A DNA stretch of 64,000 bases from Phyllosticta citribraziliensis (lineage: Eukaryota): the NCBI RefSeq assembly GCF_038025025.1, contig NW_027117346.1, positions 806,001 through 870,000 of the forward strand, in the 5' to 3' direction. Position 1 is the first letter of the stretch; every line of letters begins with the position of its first letter. The position numbers were made by a program, and so were the translations under genes. Below the pieces are notes generated by a model. The model made no database searches. It saw only the letters and a program-made list of their open reading frames with translations, and was not told the origin of the DNA. Below, one piece after another: positions 27,393 to 40,600 of the stretch.

Positions 27393-29611
27393 AGCGGAGA
27401 GGAGAGGGCGAGGGTTTCTGCTCGTTGTGCGTGGAGCGGCGGTCAGGAGAGGTGTGCTCTGGGATGGTGCGGTGGTTTGCGATGGAGAGAGAAGAGAAGA
27501 GGAGAGGAAGAGGCGGGAGAGGTTGCGCCACCTTCGCGATGCGACGCGGATACCTATTTATCCTGGCTGGACATGAACGGGGTCGATGATGCAGGCGTAG
27601 CGTAATATATACATTTGCGAAGCCTGCGTTGCACGCGAGTGGATGGCATATTTCTGCTAAGAGAACTTCGTGTCGTCATGGCTGATTCGAGCATCTGGCA
27701 GCCCATTCGAACACGGCGGATGGGCGTGGTTAACGCCAACAGGTTTTGCGGCAGGTCTCCATTTCGATGAGGGTTGTTGCTTTTCTGGATGCGCGACCAG
27801 GGAGCAGCGGATCTTGGTCTTTCAGATCATTCAGCTCAGCTTTCTGCGGTGGGTATCTACAAATTCCTACGTGTAGCAAACCTCACTGTTCCTCAATACC
27901 TCAGCAAACGACAATCCCATGTTCAGAATAGACGGTAGAGGCGTTCCTACTGTCTTGCGCCCGGCGAGGTGAGGGGCGTGGCTCGCTTGTTTGCGGCGTT
28001 TTGGCACGTTTTCGCACCAAGCTCGTCATGAGCTCTAACAGCGAGGCAGCGGGAAAAGGTGGTCGAGGAGCGGAGGAACGCAATAAGTGGACCGAAGCAA
28101 TACATGCCGTCCGTCATCGACGCAAATCACGCCCTCTTCCTCCACCGTCCCTGACGCATTATTCGCCCCTCCATCTCAGTCGACGACACGCTCAGATCTA
28201 CAGATTGACAGCAGCACGACAGGCATTCGAAGCATTTGATTGGCCAAGGCAGTCGGTGTTCAACCGCTGCGACGGGATTGGGCGGCGCAAACAGAGAGGA
28301 AGAGAATTTTCATCTGCTTCGGTTGGGCGCAAGTGATGCAATGAGGAGATGGACGAGGGGGCGATCAATCGTTGGGGAAGAAAGGGGGCCAGTGCCGCGG
28401 CGTCAGTGGGAGATACATGTCATCGGCACCCAGCGGACAGCCAGCGGTGTTTTTTGGTGATGCGCAACGAACGAACGAACGTGCGGGCTCGTCGATCGCG
28501 GCGTCAGGCGGGCCGCCGCTCGCTGCCGGGTTGGGAAGTTGCTAGGCGGGAGGAGAGATTTGGTGGAGCGGAGAAGGCAGAGTGATGAGCGAACGGCAAC
28601 AAAGACGTGATGATGGAGTGGAGTGGACCGGATAGGGGTGCGTGGGAAGGGGACCAAGGGGGCGGCGACGGCGGCGGCGGCGGAGCGATGCAAGGGGGTG
28701 TGGGGAAGGAGATGAAGGATTGGCGAGCGGCAGGCATGCATGTAGCCAGTGCGCTGGAGTTTGTTTCTGGCTGGGAAGTGATGGCGGGGAACCGCAGCAG
28801 CAGTGCGTCGAAGCGTCACTACAAGGTTTTTTTGTTTTTGGTTTGTTGGTTCCGAGCGAGAGCGAGAGAGATCGGGTGGGCGGCAGTCCCAGGTGCGACG
28901 ATGGGCCAGAGAGGAGGGATATGGAGGGGAGGGAGGGGGAGGTTGTTTCGGGCCGCAGGATGGAGGAGGCGTTTTACAGTTTCGAGTGGCTGAAGACAAT
29001 CGGCCATGACAGCAGCACAGCGCAGGAGTGGATGCGTCATGGCAAACATGTCGTGTTTGGCGGCGGCGGGGCTTGGCGCAACGGGTCTCGTGGACTTGAC
29101 AGACGGGAGTCGTCGCAGTCGTCGTAGTCATCGTCGTCGTCGTTGTCTTGGAGGACCAGATTTGTGTTTCAGAGGGCAGGCCGTTGGGCCAACAGGGCGG
29201 CCCTGGGAACGACGATGGCCAGCAAATGGCAGCGGTGGGCAGGGCAGCAGAGGGAGCCGGCGCCAATAAAGCACGGGGTTGCGCTCATCAACCCATCCAG
29301 CTGGCGAGCACGCGGCGGGAAAGGCCTCGCAGCGGCGGCGGCGTCAATAAAAAGCACGAGCGCTGCATGGCTTTTGGTTCTCGTGTTGCGGAAGCCGAGG
29401 CGGTTGCGGCCAGGCGGGCCAGGCGGAGCCGTCTGAAACGAAGGCTGCCAGAGTCAGACCCTTTTTGATGCAGCGCAGGACGGCGGCGACGACGATCGGA
29501 ATAGCGGGGGGTGAGAGCCGAGGGAGAAGGAGAGAACGAGCGAAACAAGTCGAAGCGCAGCCGTCGTGGGCAGCGGGCGCGGTGTTGGTGATGGCGGTGA
29601 TGGTGACAGTC

Positions 29612-29652
29612 GTGGTGGTGGTGGTGGTGGTGGTGGTGGTGGTGGTGGTGGT
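29612..29652. repeat. (GTG)13 trinucleotide microsatellite
   Basis: Directly visible run of 41 nt. Confidence 0.95.
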
Positions 29653-29883
29653 CGAAGAGATATTCTTAGAAATTGCACTTGCACGGCAGGCAATAAGTCG
29701 ACTCGCGGCCAATTTGGCTCGCTTCTCAGTTCGAAACACGCGAGCGCAGGCCCTTGTGTAGCTGACACACATGACGGCGACTCTGCGACGGCCAGGAGCG
29801 CAGCCTAGCCCCAATCCAGCGCAATCCCCTGCACCCGCCTGGGGTACTAGCCCACTGTCCGAGCGCTAATTCATTCCTCGAGA

Positions 29884-29969
29884 CTCTCTCTCTCTCTCGC
29901 TCTCTCTCTCTCTCTCACCTATTATCGTCTCGTCCTCTGCCTGCCCAGCCCAGCCCAGCCCAGCCAGCC
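29884..29969 (+). repeat. (CT)n and (CCCAG)n simple repeats in the pyrimidine-rich leader upstream of ATG 30071
   Basis: Directly visible. CT-rich tracts are typical around fungal transcription starts. Confidence 0.85.
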
Positions 29970-30070
29970 CTCGCCATCTCCCGCTCCTCATCCCTCCCTC
30001 TCTCACCTCTCTCTACACCTCGACTCTTCAACATCGTCCTCTCCCCCCTCTCTCCCTCTTCATCGACACC

Positions 30071-31477
30071 ATGTCGACCGCCCTCGCTGCCTCGCCCGCC
30101 GCGCCCCCGCCCGCTCCAGCCGACCACGCCCACGCCCACGCCCACGCCCATGGCCACGTCTCGCCGCGAAACACGTCCACCATGGGCCTCTCTCCAAACT
30201 CCAACCACCAACCCGCTCGCTCCCCCAGCGCTCACTCGTCGCCCACAACCAGCGAAGGCTCCCACAAAAATGCCAAGCGCTCTCCCAACTCGTACGCTCC
30301 ATCCTACAATATCCGCCCCCCCAAAGCCCGTGTGCATCATGGCTGATTCGTGTGCCGCTGCAGTTCCCGTAACACACATGCGCCAAAGATTGTCGTCAAG
30401 AAGGAGCCTTCATCGCCTGACATGCCCGCCTCGCGCCACCGGCCCCGTCGACTCGACCTGTCCAACAACATGTCCGTCAGCTCCGCGACCTTGAGTGCTC
30501 GCCCTTCTGCTCCTCTGACCGGCAAGGAGAGCGCCGGCCTAGCCATGCACGACGTCGGCCTCGCATGTCTGTCGCCCGGATTTCACACCCAAGACCCTGC
30601 CATGCGTGAGCAGTTGCAACGCAGCATAGACGTGAGGGACAGGCAAAGGCAAATAATCGAGGCTCGCCAAAAGGGCAAAAACGTTCAGATCGAGGCTGGC
30701 GATGCGTCGCGACACGATGGAAACCCCTTCAGGAAGATGCCTGCCTCGTCGCGCCGCAAGGGTCCTCCTCCTGGCTTGTCCATCGCGACCCCGTCCGCCC
30801 AGCAATTCGCCAATGAGCGTGTCATCCAGTCGGCTCCGCTTAACCAGTCCTTTACAGGCATGAGGGCACCGCAGTTCCAAGCCCTCTCAAGGCAGGTCGC
30901 CAACCAACCTTCAAATCTTTCCCAGACCTCGCACATTCACCACGTCCCTGCCAACCAAACCAACAACCGCCTCCCTCCCATTTCAGACGTGTTTGCTGGC
31001 GAAGCCCTTGCACCTCAACGCCGGAGCCCCGGAAACGTCCACTCGGCCCACCAGCATCCCCTCCCGTCTCCTGGCTTCCCTCACAACCCCCATGGCCACC
31101 CACAGACTGCCCGACCACGCGAACACCGATCTGCCGAGGAAGCTCTCCAACACATGGCCGGCGGCCGCGACGACCTTCTTCCTCGCATCGTGCACTATGG
31201 GGGCCACCAGCCGCCTACGCCTCCTTCGCCAATGCCCGGCAAGTCTCAGAGCAACCAAAACCTGCAGCCTGGAGCGGCCGAGGTCCACCGCAGCAGCAGC
31301 AGCCGACGCCGCACACGCGAAGAGTATGAACGCGACATGGGCACGCCACCACTTGGTCGCCAGGAGAGGCGACCAGGACCGTTTGGCGAGGGGCGGGATA
31401 GCCCGGAAACTCAAAAGAAGAAGAAAGAGGAATTTATCGCCCTCTGCGCCCGTGCATGGGATCTTTTCCACTCTTAA
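30071..31477 (+). CDS. Disordered regulator-like protein with two MAPK D-motif-like sites and C-terminal FIALCARAWDLFHS (possibly Dig1/Rst1-like)
   Basis: Exon 1 30071-30291, intron 30292-30363 (GTACGC...GCTGAT...CAG), exon 2 to TAA at 31477. His-Ala repeat and many SP/TP sites. The gene is solid; the family assignment is inference. Confidence 0.75.
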
Positions 31478-32452
31478 ACCGGCCAACGCAACCGCTTTTT
31501 CCATGCCGACGCTTTTTGCCAATTTCGATTTTGTCGCAGCTCAGCGTCTTGAACGTCCGCTGCAGCGTTTCGATGTAGAGACGCAGATCTTTCATCTCCC
31601 CTTTTGGTGTGGTTCGGTGATGTTGCAGTCTATCGCTACCATTTAATACTCTCGTTATGATTGTAGGAAGTAATATGGGACCAATCTCTCTCGCTTCGTC
31701 CTCGCTGCCTCGACAGGCGGCTGAAGAGGAGTCGGATTTGGCGCCTGGACGAACATGTTTCCATGTTCCCACGACTGGATGCCTCGACGACGAGGAACAT
31801 TCACGCTTTGGAATTTTAGCTCATGCTTTCGGAAACGCTGGGTCGTCCTTTTTTGTTTCGCATTTTGCGCTCCTTCAAGCCCGCTCCACTTTGGAGGATT
31901 TCGTCTTTCGTCTTTGAGCTACTTCCTTCTCATCTTCACTGGCCCTCCCCTTGGAGCGGTCGCTGTCTGAGTACGGCTTAGGGTTGCGATTTGGTGATAT
32001 TCTGGCGTTTCTTCTCTTGTCCATATAGGGTTTTTTCTTTTTTTTTCCGACGGACAAGTGTGCAAGGCCCCGTCTCTGCTCCGGGTCAGGGGGGAATTAT
32101 CAAAAGGGCGCTCAAGGGGTTGGGGTTTTTGGGAGTCGTCGAATCGAGAAAACACCTTGGTCACCTTGGTGAGATGTCATACGTCGTGTGTGCCAACCGT
32201 GCCAGTGTGAGGCGTCGGGACCGCGCGCTGCCTTGTTCATGATGAGATGCATAATGGGCGGTTCCAAGCGCTCGGAAGGCAGCCGATCGACCCGCGCCCG
32301 TTGGCTGACAGCGCACCTCACCCGCGGTGGGTTTGCATGTGATCACGCTGGACCCTGAGTTCCCGGATGCAAGATTAATCCGGCCGAGAAACTTCAATGC
32401 GCCGCGCTGCGCTGCGCTGCTGTGCCAATAGTCCGCGACTTGCGCGTGGTAG

Positions 32453-34549
32453 ATGCTGTCGGTTTGGCGGACGTCAGCAACGCGTCGCCGCGACGTTATT
32501 GCACGTCTACCCCGCCGTCTCCCCAGCTTGTCCGCCGCCCATGCCCGCTTTCAACATTTCTCCCTCAACCCTGTTCCTACGGTCAGACCCTCACCTCTCC
32601 AAAACACAGTCGACCGTTCAACTAACTTGCTCGACATCAAGATGGGGAAGAAGAAGAACAAAGTGAAGCAGCCGAGTGCCAACCAGGCTCTCAGTCAACC
32701 TCAATCAGCCCCGCTACCTCTGCAGCCATGTGCCAATGCCTCTGCGTCCGCTGCAGTCGCCACGACCGCGCAACCCTCGGGCGCATCGCAACCCAAGAAG
32801 CGACGACGCCGAATGCCGAAATCGCAAAAGAAGCAATTGAAGAGGGAGAAGGAGGCAGAGGCGCAGCTGGCTCAAGATCTGAGCGGTCAGACTCTTGGGC
32901 CTGCTACGGCGTTCTTCTCACCTGAGCATGCGAGGCAGGACGCAATGTCATCGCGGCGGACCAGGAACAACAGCTTCGTAGGTGATACATTGCTGAATGT
33001 GCTGGAAGAGGTTCAGCAGGGAACAAATGGGTCTCGCTCACCGACACGGGCGGCAACGTCAGCGCCAAAGGCATTCGTCGATGGAAGCAACGAGGAGCCG
33101 ACTCCAAAGAATCGAATGTCCACTGCAGCCTCAGCACAACAGAACGCTCAAAATCCACCACAACCATTCTCCGACGGCTTAACTTCTCAAGCCCTCTCGC
33201 CTCCTACCACGTTTCCTGGGTCGGCCCCTGGAACACCGTTCGGTTACAATTTGGCCAATGCAATGTGGAACTGGAACAATCCCTATGCAAGCGTTTTCGC
33301 AGCACACGAAAACACAACACAAGCAAGCGGATACCAACAGCAAGCACTGCCCCCAAACGGTCCATCTGGCGCTCCAGGATCGATAGCAGGGGCTTGGGGT
33401 CAAGCTTTCACACCCACGGAACAATCCAGTTTTCCAGGAACGCAAATGCAAGCGTCGCCAGCGGCGAGCAAATCCGCATATATCAATCCTTCATGGCGTG
33501 TACAGAGCCAGGCCGGTCTTCCAAATTGGATATCACCACATCAGAAGAGAGCAATGTCAGTGCAATCTCATCAAGATTGAACTCTGCCTGCTAACGAAAT
33601 TAGGGAGCCAACTCAGTATCGCGGCATTGCTACCGACAGTCAGACACCCAGCTGGAGAGTCAATGCCAGCGGGAACGGGCAACTGGCAGGTGTTAAATCA
33701 CGGCCACAGTCTCCCCCAAAGTCGCCTAAGCGCGAAAAACCGAACAAACCGGGCCCCCCACGTCCTGATCCGTCGCCCACCTACCTAGCTCAATCGGCCA
33801 TGATCTCGTACCGACTCCCTATTCCGCAACCTCTCCTCATCATCATGGATCTCAACGGCACCCTGCTCTATCGACCCAAAAGGTCAAACTCGTCCCACTT
33901 CGTCCAACGACCCTTTACTCCACCCTTTGTCTCCTACCTCTTTGCCAACCACACGGTCATGGTGTGGTCCTCGGCGCGACCCGAAAATGTCAATCGCATG
34001 TGCAACGGACTCTTCTCGGCAGCTCAACGCAAGCAGCTCGTTGCAGAATGGGGCCGCGACATGCTGGGTCTGACGCAAAAGCAATTCAACGAAAAGGTGC
34101 AGGTCTACAAGCAGTTGGACAAGGTGTGGCAGACAGCCGATACGCAGCAATGGCATCCGTTGCACGCGTACGGACAGAGGTTCAACCAGGCAAACACGTT
34201 GCTGATTGACGACAGCGTGGAGAAGGCGGCCTCGGAGCCGTACAATCTGGTCGAGGTGGACGACTTTGAGGGCAAGGAGGAGCAGATGAACCGGGACGTG
34301 CTGCGCGAGGTGGCTGGCTACATTGAGGAGGCAAAGTGGCAGAGCAATGTGTCGGCTTGGGTGCGTGCTGGCAACAGATTCGCGTATGGCATGGGTTGGG
34401 ATCGAGATTGGCAAGACGCCAGTATCCCGCCAGTCGCATCTGGCCTGGCTACGGCACATCATCTCGCCGAAGGACTCGTGTCAGCTCCTGCGCAAGCTCC
34501 AGGTGGACGAGTACTGCGCTCTCACACGCGAAAGACGCGTCTGGAATAG
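32453..34549 (+). CDS. FCP1/NIF-family HAD-like protein with long disordered N-terminus (start at ATG 32453 or 32642)
   Basis: Motifs LLIIMDLNGTLL, VMVWSSARPENV, KQLDKVW and NTLLIDDSVEKA. Intron 33556-33603 (GTCAGT...CTAAC...TAG) joins ORF 32453-33580 in frame to ORF 33800-34549. Confidence 0.85.
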
Positions 34550-34957
34550 GCCAAGCTGGCCCCTTACCAACTATCCATTTACGTGCGACCAACCATGAAG
34601 CATTTGCTCCGGAAGCGAGTGGAGCCTGGGTTTTACAGGAAAAGCAACTAGAGGGCCAATATGAGGACGCCGAAGCATGAAGAAGGGCCTCGACAAAGGG
34701 GCCATGCAGACATTTCACTTTTGCTGATTTGCATACAGGGCAAGCAAGCTATCGATAGATACCAAATTCCAAGGGTTTTCAGGTGCAGTAAGGTATTTGT
34801 CCTTGTCCGTGATCACGCGCTTCTCTTTCTTCCCGTCGCTTTTCAATTTTGATTTCATCACTCTGCGTCAATTCCGCATTTTCCATCCAAGCACTCCCCT
34901 CCCGATACCTCGACGCTCATCGCCCTTCCCGTTTCTTTTACTCGCCTTACATGCCCC

Positions 34958-35806
34958 TCACTTCTGCTGCGGAAACTTCTCCTTATTCCACGCATCAATG
35001 ATGCCGCGCGCCTGCTTCACAATATCGACGCAACCGGGCGAATCCGAATGGCAGCAAAGCGAGACCTGGTAGCCACCAAGCGGCAACTGGACCGTCTCGC
35101 CCGTCACAGCCGTGACAGTGCCCTGATACACCTGCTCCGTAATATGCTTCTCCGCCTCCTCGGCCTTCCACGCCTTCTTGACGCGATCAATCACCAAGCT
35201 GCGGTCGGCCCGGTACTTGACGTCGCCGTACAGCTCGGCCACGAACGGCAGCCCCAGCTCGCGCGCCACCTCCTCCTGCTTGGTGCCGGCGAGTCCGAAC
35301 ACCGGGACGCCTTTGGGGACGGCGCTGTAGACGGCGCGGCACAGCGCCGCGTCGCGCGCGATCATGCCGTACAGGATGCCGTGCGGCTTGACGTGGTGCA
35401 GGGGCACGTTGGCGGCGGCGAGGAAGCCTTGCAGCGCGCCGATTTGGTACAGCACGATGGCATGCAGTTCGTCGGGCGACATGGCGATTTCGCGGCGGCC
35501 GAAGCCCTGTCGGAGATGCATCAACAACAACAGTTGACCAGCGATGTGTATGCACATGTTCAAGAAAAGCAAACGCAAGCATACCTGGATGTCGGGCAAG
35601 CCCGGATGCGCGCCGACCTTGACGCCGTGCTGCTTGCACAGCGCCACGGTGCGCGCCATGATGAGCGGGTCGCCGGCGTGGAAGCCGCACGCGACGTTTG
35701 CGTGGTCGATGAGCGGGATCAGCTCCTCGTCGGGCCCGCACTTGTAGTTGCCGTAGCCCTCGCCGAGGTCGACGTTGATGGCGATGGGGTGCGAGGATGG
35801 CGGCAT
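34958..35806 (-). CDS. lamB: LamB/YcsF (PxpA-like) lactam utilisation protein
   Basis: Motifs INVDLGEGYG, ANVACGFHAGDP, GAHPGLPD-GFGRR, HVKPHGILY and CCHSDSPG. One 78-nt intron at 35507-35584. Confidence 0.95.
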   Translation of the reverse strand: MPPSSHPIAINVDLGEGYGNYKCGPDEELIPLIDHANVACGFHAGDPLIMARTVALCKQHGVKVGAHPGLPDIQVCLRLLFLNMCIHIAGQLLLLMHLRQGFGRREIAMSPDELHAIVLYQIGALQGFLAAANVPLHHVKPHGILYGMIARDAALCRAVYSAVPKGVPVFGLAGTKQEEVARELGLPFVAELYGDVKYRADRSLVIDRVKKAWKAEEAEKHITEQVYQGTVTAVTGETVQLPLGGYQVSLCCHSDSPGCVDIVKQARGIIDAWNKEKFPQQK

Positions 35807-37627
35807 GGTTCGTCTCTATTTCGTGCCGTGCGTGGTGTGGTTTGTTTGGGGAGAGAGGTGCGAGGGAGGCGAAGGGGGTTGTTTTGGTGCGGTGGTTGAG
35901 CAATTGGGAGGTGGAAGAGGATGGGTGATGGGATGGCACATTTGTCAGGCATGTTAGGTTGGCATATGGTCAATCAGTCAATCAACGAGCCAGCCAGCCC
36001 TGGATAATAATCCAACGGAAACGTAAACTTCCCTCCGCTCCGCTCCACAGCACTGGTCAATGGGTATCTCCATGCTCCAGGGCACCCGCACCCGCCCCAA
36101 AAGCGTGAGCCGAAAAGACAGAAAGACACAGAATTGTCAGGACCACCACGGCTCAAAAGTGGGGTCTCACAAATCGCAATCATTCAAGAATCGATTAGGT
36201 AGAGCAGGAGAAGGGGAAGAAACAGCAGAGAAAGGTGGCAGGGATACCTCGACTGACCGGGCGGCGTTGTCTCGTTGCCCGCTCGCTCAATCACTCAAAG
36301 ATAAAGTCGAAAGGCCGCGCGACAACAGCGGCGGCGGGGTACGAGGAGGGGAGGGGTATGAGGGAGGTGTGTGCATGATGGTGGCTTGAGCTCAAGCTCC
36401 CCCACCTCTCTTTTCCGCTTCCATCATTCGCCAATTGGAGTGTGGGACGTCTCTCCAACCTTCCGCCCGCGAGCCCGGCAGGGAACCTAGCCCTATCGTG
36501 ACGATTCCCGGGATACAGCAAAACGACGTTTCTACGTGGTGGTAATTGCATCTCTTCCTTCTGCTACAGTCGCCATCAACTGAATAGCCTCTCGCACGGC
36601 CAGCTAAGTTCTTCTCTCCCCACCCCGCGTCCCTCCAGCTAGAGCAGCAGGCGAATCCATCCATCCATACCCAGCCAACGCCAATCGCCCGTCGGAAGCT
36701 TGATCCCTGCCCTGCCCTGCCCCTCTCCCCTCCGCTCTCCCCCTCTTAGCGTCCAAGGACGCTGCTCCTCCTCCTCTTCCATCTCCCTGCTGATACCGCT
36801 GTGTTCTGCCACCCGGACTATACCGTTCGTGTGCCATGGCGAGAGCGCGCGGGGTCATTTTGCCTACTCCTCATGCATATTATTGTATCTCCAGATCAAC
36901 AGTGAGGGCGATCAAAATGCGTCCATGCGCCCCAGTAAGGCAATCGACTGATAGGTGATCGGGAGCGGCATCCGTCCGTCGATCCGTCCGTTCTGCCACC
37001 GTAAACGGCGAAACCGAGCGCCAGGATGGTCGTCGGTGCAGCGACTCGCGGACACCACGGTAGGTACCTGACCACACACGCCCGCCGCTGGACGTGGCAG
37101 GGAGAGGGCAGGCGGTTCTGCCATTAGTCGCGCTGCTTCCATGGCTTGCTGCCCGCTGCCCGCTGCCCGCCCGGTTCGCTGCCGGTTATCACATATCTCC
37201 AGCAACCAAGCAACGGAAACGAGGCTATGCTCGTCATCAGGTTTCCCGCAGATTCTACCGCACACACACTGATTAGGGATAGGGAACACGTAAAAAAAGA
37301 ACGGACCCGCCAGCCATCTGGTTGATATAGAGCGGACGGGCAGGCGTGCGTGCGTGACCTGGTATCGGGAACCCCATTGACTTAATCTTGTTTGCCTTCT
37401 TTTCCTCGCGCGCGCGCGCTCTCACGGCTCGATCAACTACCTACCTTGCACTTTTTGCGCTGTCCAGTCTGGATATCCGCTTTCTTTCTTTGGGGTCTAC
37501 ACAGAGGAAGAGGGTGTTTGACGTACAGTACATGCGCTTTCGCTTGTTTCGTGGCCCGCAGAATTGAGTTGCGTTGTGCTGCAGTAAAAGAGGAAGAAGT
37601 GAGAAGACGCAGCTGCGACAAGGCAGA
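35807..37627. promoter_or_regulatory. Bidirectional lamB/lamA promoter region with candidate GATA, CCAAT and CreA-type sites
   Basis: Head-to-head genes. GATAA/GATAG at 36003, 36300 and 36950, TTATCA at 37186; CCAAT at 36431 and 36681; SYGGRG at 36159 and 36334. These are short motifs and are not validated. Confidence 0.55.
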
Positions 37628-40600
37628 ATGGAGGCCATCAAGACGCTGCTGATAGCCAATCGAGGCGAGATTGCGGTAAGTGAAGACCACTCGAGTACCA
37701 GCGGAGAAGAATGCTAATCACCTTCAGGTCCGCATAATCCGCACCGCCCAACTCCACCACATCCACACCATCGCAATCTACTCGTCCGCCGACGCCGCCT
37801 CCCTGCACGTCTCGCTCGCCGACACGGCCGTGCTGCTCCCCTCGCCCTCGCCCAGCACCGCCTACACCGACACGGCCGCCATCATCGACATCGCCCGCCG
37901 CCACCAAGCCGACGCCATCATCCCGGGCTATGGCTTCCTGTCCGAAAACGCCGCCTTCGCGCGCGCCGTCCGCGACGCCGGCATCGCCTGGGTCGGCCCG
38001 GGCCCCGACCAGATCGAGGCCTTTGGCGTCAAGCACGTCGCGCGCGACCTGGCGCGCGCCGCCGGCGTGCCCATCGTCCCCGGCTCGCAGGGCCTGGTGC
38101 AGGATGCCGACGAGGCGGCGCGCGTGGCGCGCGAGCTGGGCTTCCCGGTCATGCTCAAGGCGACGGGCGGCGGCGGAGGCATGGGGCTGGTGACGTGCGC
38201 AAACGAGGATGAAGTCCGAGAGGGCTTTGCCGTCGTCCGCAGCAGAGGCGAGACGCTGTTCAAAGAAGGCGGCGTCTTTCTGGAGCGCTTCTACGCCGAA
38301 AGCAGACACGTCGAGGTGCAGGTGTTTGGCAACGGCGCGGGGCAGGCGGTGCACTTTGGCGAGCGCGAGTGCTCGATTCAGCGCAGACACCAGAAGGTCG
38401 TCGAGGAATGCCCCAGCCCGTTTGTTGAGAAGAGGCCCGAGTTGAGGCAGAAGCTGGGCGACGCTGCCGTGCTGCTCGCCGAGTCGATCAAGTATGCGTC
38501 GGCGGGGACGGTCGAGTTTTTGGTCGACGACAAGACGGGCGACTTTTTCTTCCTCGAGATGAATACGCGGTTGCAGGTCGAACACGGCATTACGGAGCTG
38601 TGCTACGGCGTCGACCTGGTCGAAATGATGCTGAAGCAGGCCGACGCTGAAAGAGCAGGAAAAGGTGGATTCGAGGCAAAATACCTAAAGAGTCTGCAGC
38701 CTTCGGGACCCAAGGGCGCGGCAATCGAAGTACGAGTGTACGCAGAGAATCCAGTTCGAGACTACGCTCCCAGCCCCGGTCTGCTGCAGCAAGTCAGCTG
38801 GAAAGAGGTGCCCGGGACGAGAATCGATACGTGGGTCTTTACGGGGGCGCGAATAACGCCCAACTACGACCCCTTGATCGCCAAAGCCATGGTCCACGCT
38901 CCTACTCGCGACGAGGCCATCTCTAAGATCCAACAGGTCCTCTCGGGCTCCAAAATCTGCGGACCGCCGACCAACCTCGAGTTCCTCGAGGCAATAGTCA
39001 GCGACGCCAATTTCAAGGCCGGCTACACGCTGACCAGCTTCCTCAAGACCTTTGACTTTGCTCCGCACGCAATCGACGTCATCTCTGCCGGCGCATATAC
39101 CCTCGTCCAAGACCTCCCCGCGCGGCCCGCCGTGGGCAAGGGGATACCCCACTCAGGACCCATGGACCCGCTGGCCTTTCAAATTGGCAACCTGCTCGTG
39201 GGAAACCCGCGCGGCAAGGAAGGACTGGAGATGACGCTCAGTGGCCCTGAGTTGCGCTTCATTGGCCCGGCCGTCGTAGCTCTGTGTGGTGCGCCCATGG
39301 AGGCAACCCTCGACGGCGCACCGTTCCCTATGTGGACGCGCAAGGCTATCGTCGCGGGCCAAAAGCTTAAGATTGGCAAGACGACTGGCGGCGGCTGTCG
39401 CTCGTACCTGGCCATCTACGGCGGACTTCCCGGCGTGGCAGACTACTTTGGCTCCAAGAGCACGTCGCCGTCAGTCGGCCTAGGCGGATACCAAGGGCGA
39501 CCACTTGCCCCTGGCGACTTTCTGCAAGTAGCGCGCGAGATACCTTCGGAGCTGGCTACACAGGAAATCAGCATCCCAGAGCACCTGCGGCCCGTCTACA
39601 CCAACGACTGGAAAGTCAAGGCCATGTCGGGCCCGCACGACGACGGCTTCCTGACTCCCGAGGATATCGAGATGATTTACTCGACCATCTGGAAGGTGTC
39701 GCACAATGCAAGCCGCACGGGAATCCGCTTGGTTGGCCCCATTCCCAAATGGGCACGAAAAGACGGCGGCGAAGGCGGCGCCCACCCAAGCAACCTCGTC
39801 GAGTACGGGTACCCGCTCGGCACACTCAACTGGACCGGCGACGACCCTTGCATCTTTCCCGTCGACTGCCCCAACTTTGGCGGCTTCGTATCGTCTACGA
39901 CGGTCGTGCGCGCCGACTGGTGGAAGTTGGGCCAGATCAAGGCTGGCGACAAGCTGCAGTACGAGCGCGTGTCACTCGGGGACGCTTTGGAGCTGAGGGC
40001 GCGGCTTGAGAGTTTCCTGAAGAGTTTGGAGAAGGCGGTCGAGACTGGAGGCAAATTTGAGCAGGTCGAGCCTTTTGATGCCCACAGTCAAGCGCCGTCA
40101 ACGGCAAAGGGGAATTGGGAAAAGGCCGTTCTCTGGCACAGACCTCAAGAAGGCAATCTGCCAGCCGTGACTTATCGACAGGTAAGAAAACCAGCAACGG
40201 AAGAGAAAAGTACTGACGATGCAGGGCGGCGACGACCATATCATGGTCGAATACGGCAACCAAAACTTCGACCTCAACCATCGCAGCCGCGTCACCAAGC
40301 TCGAGACTCTGCTCCGCGACCCGAGCAAGATACCATCTTGGCTCCATGATGCTCTCATAACCACCATGGGCTGCTGCACAACCCTCACCCTCTTTTACGA
40401 TGGCGCAGCGCTGCCGCGCGATAAGCTCATCTCGCAGCTCCAAGCCTACGAATCGCAACTGGGTGACCTCTCAACGACCAAGATCCCCTGTAGACGCTTC
40501 AAGCTGCCCATCAGCTTCTCCAGCCCCGAACAGCGCGAAGCTGTGGCCCGGTACATGGAGACGCAGCGGCCGCACGCGCCCTACCTCCCGGACAACCTAG

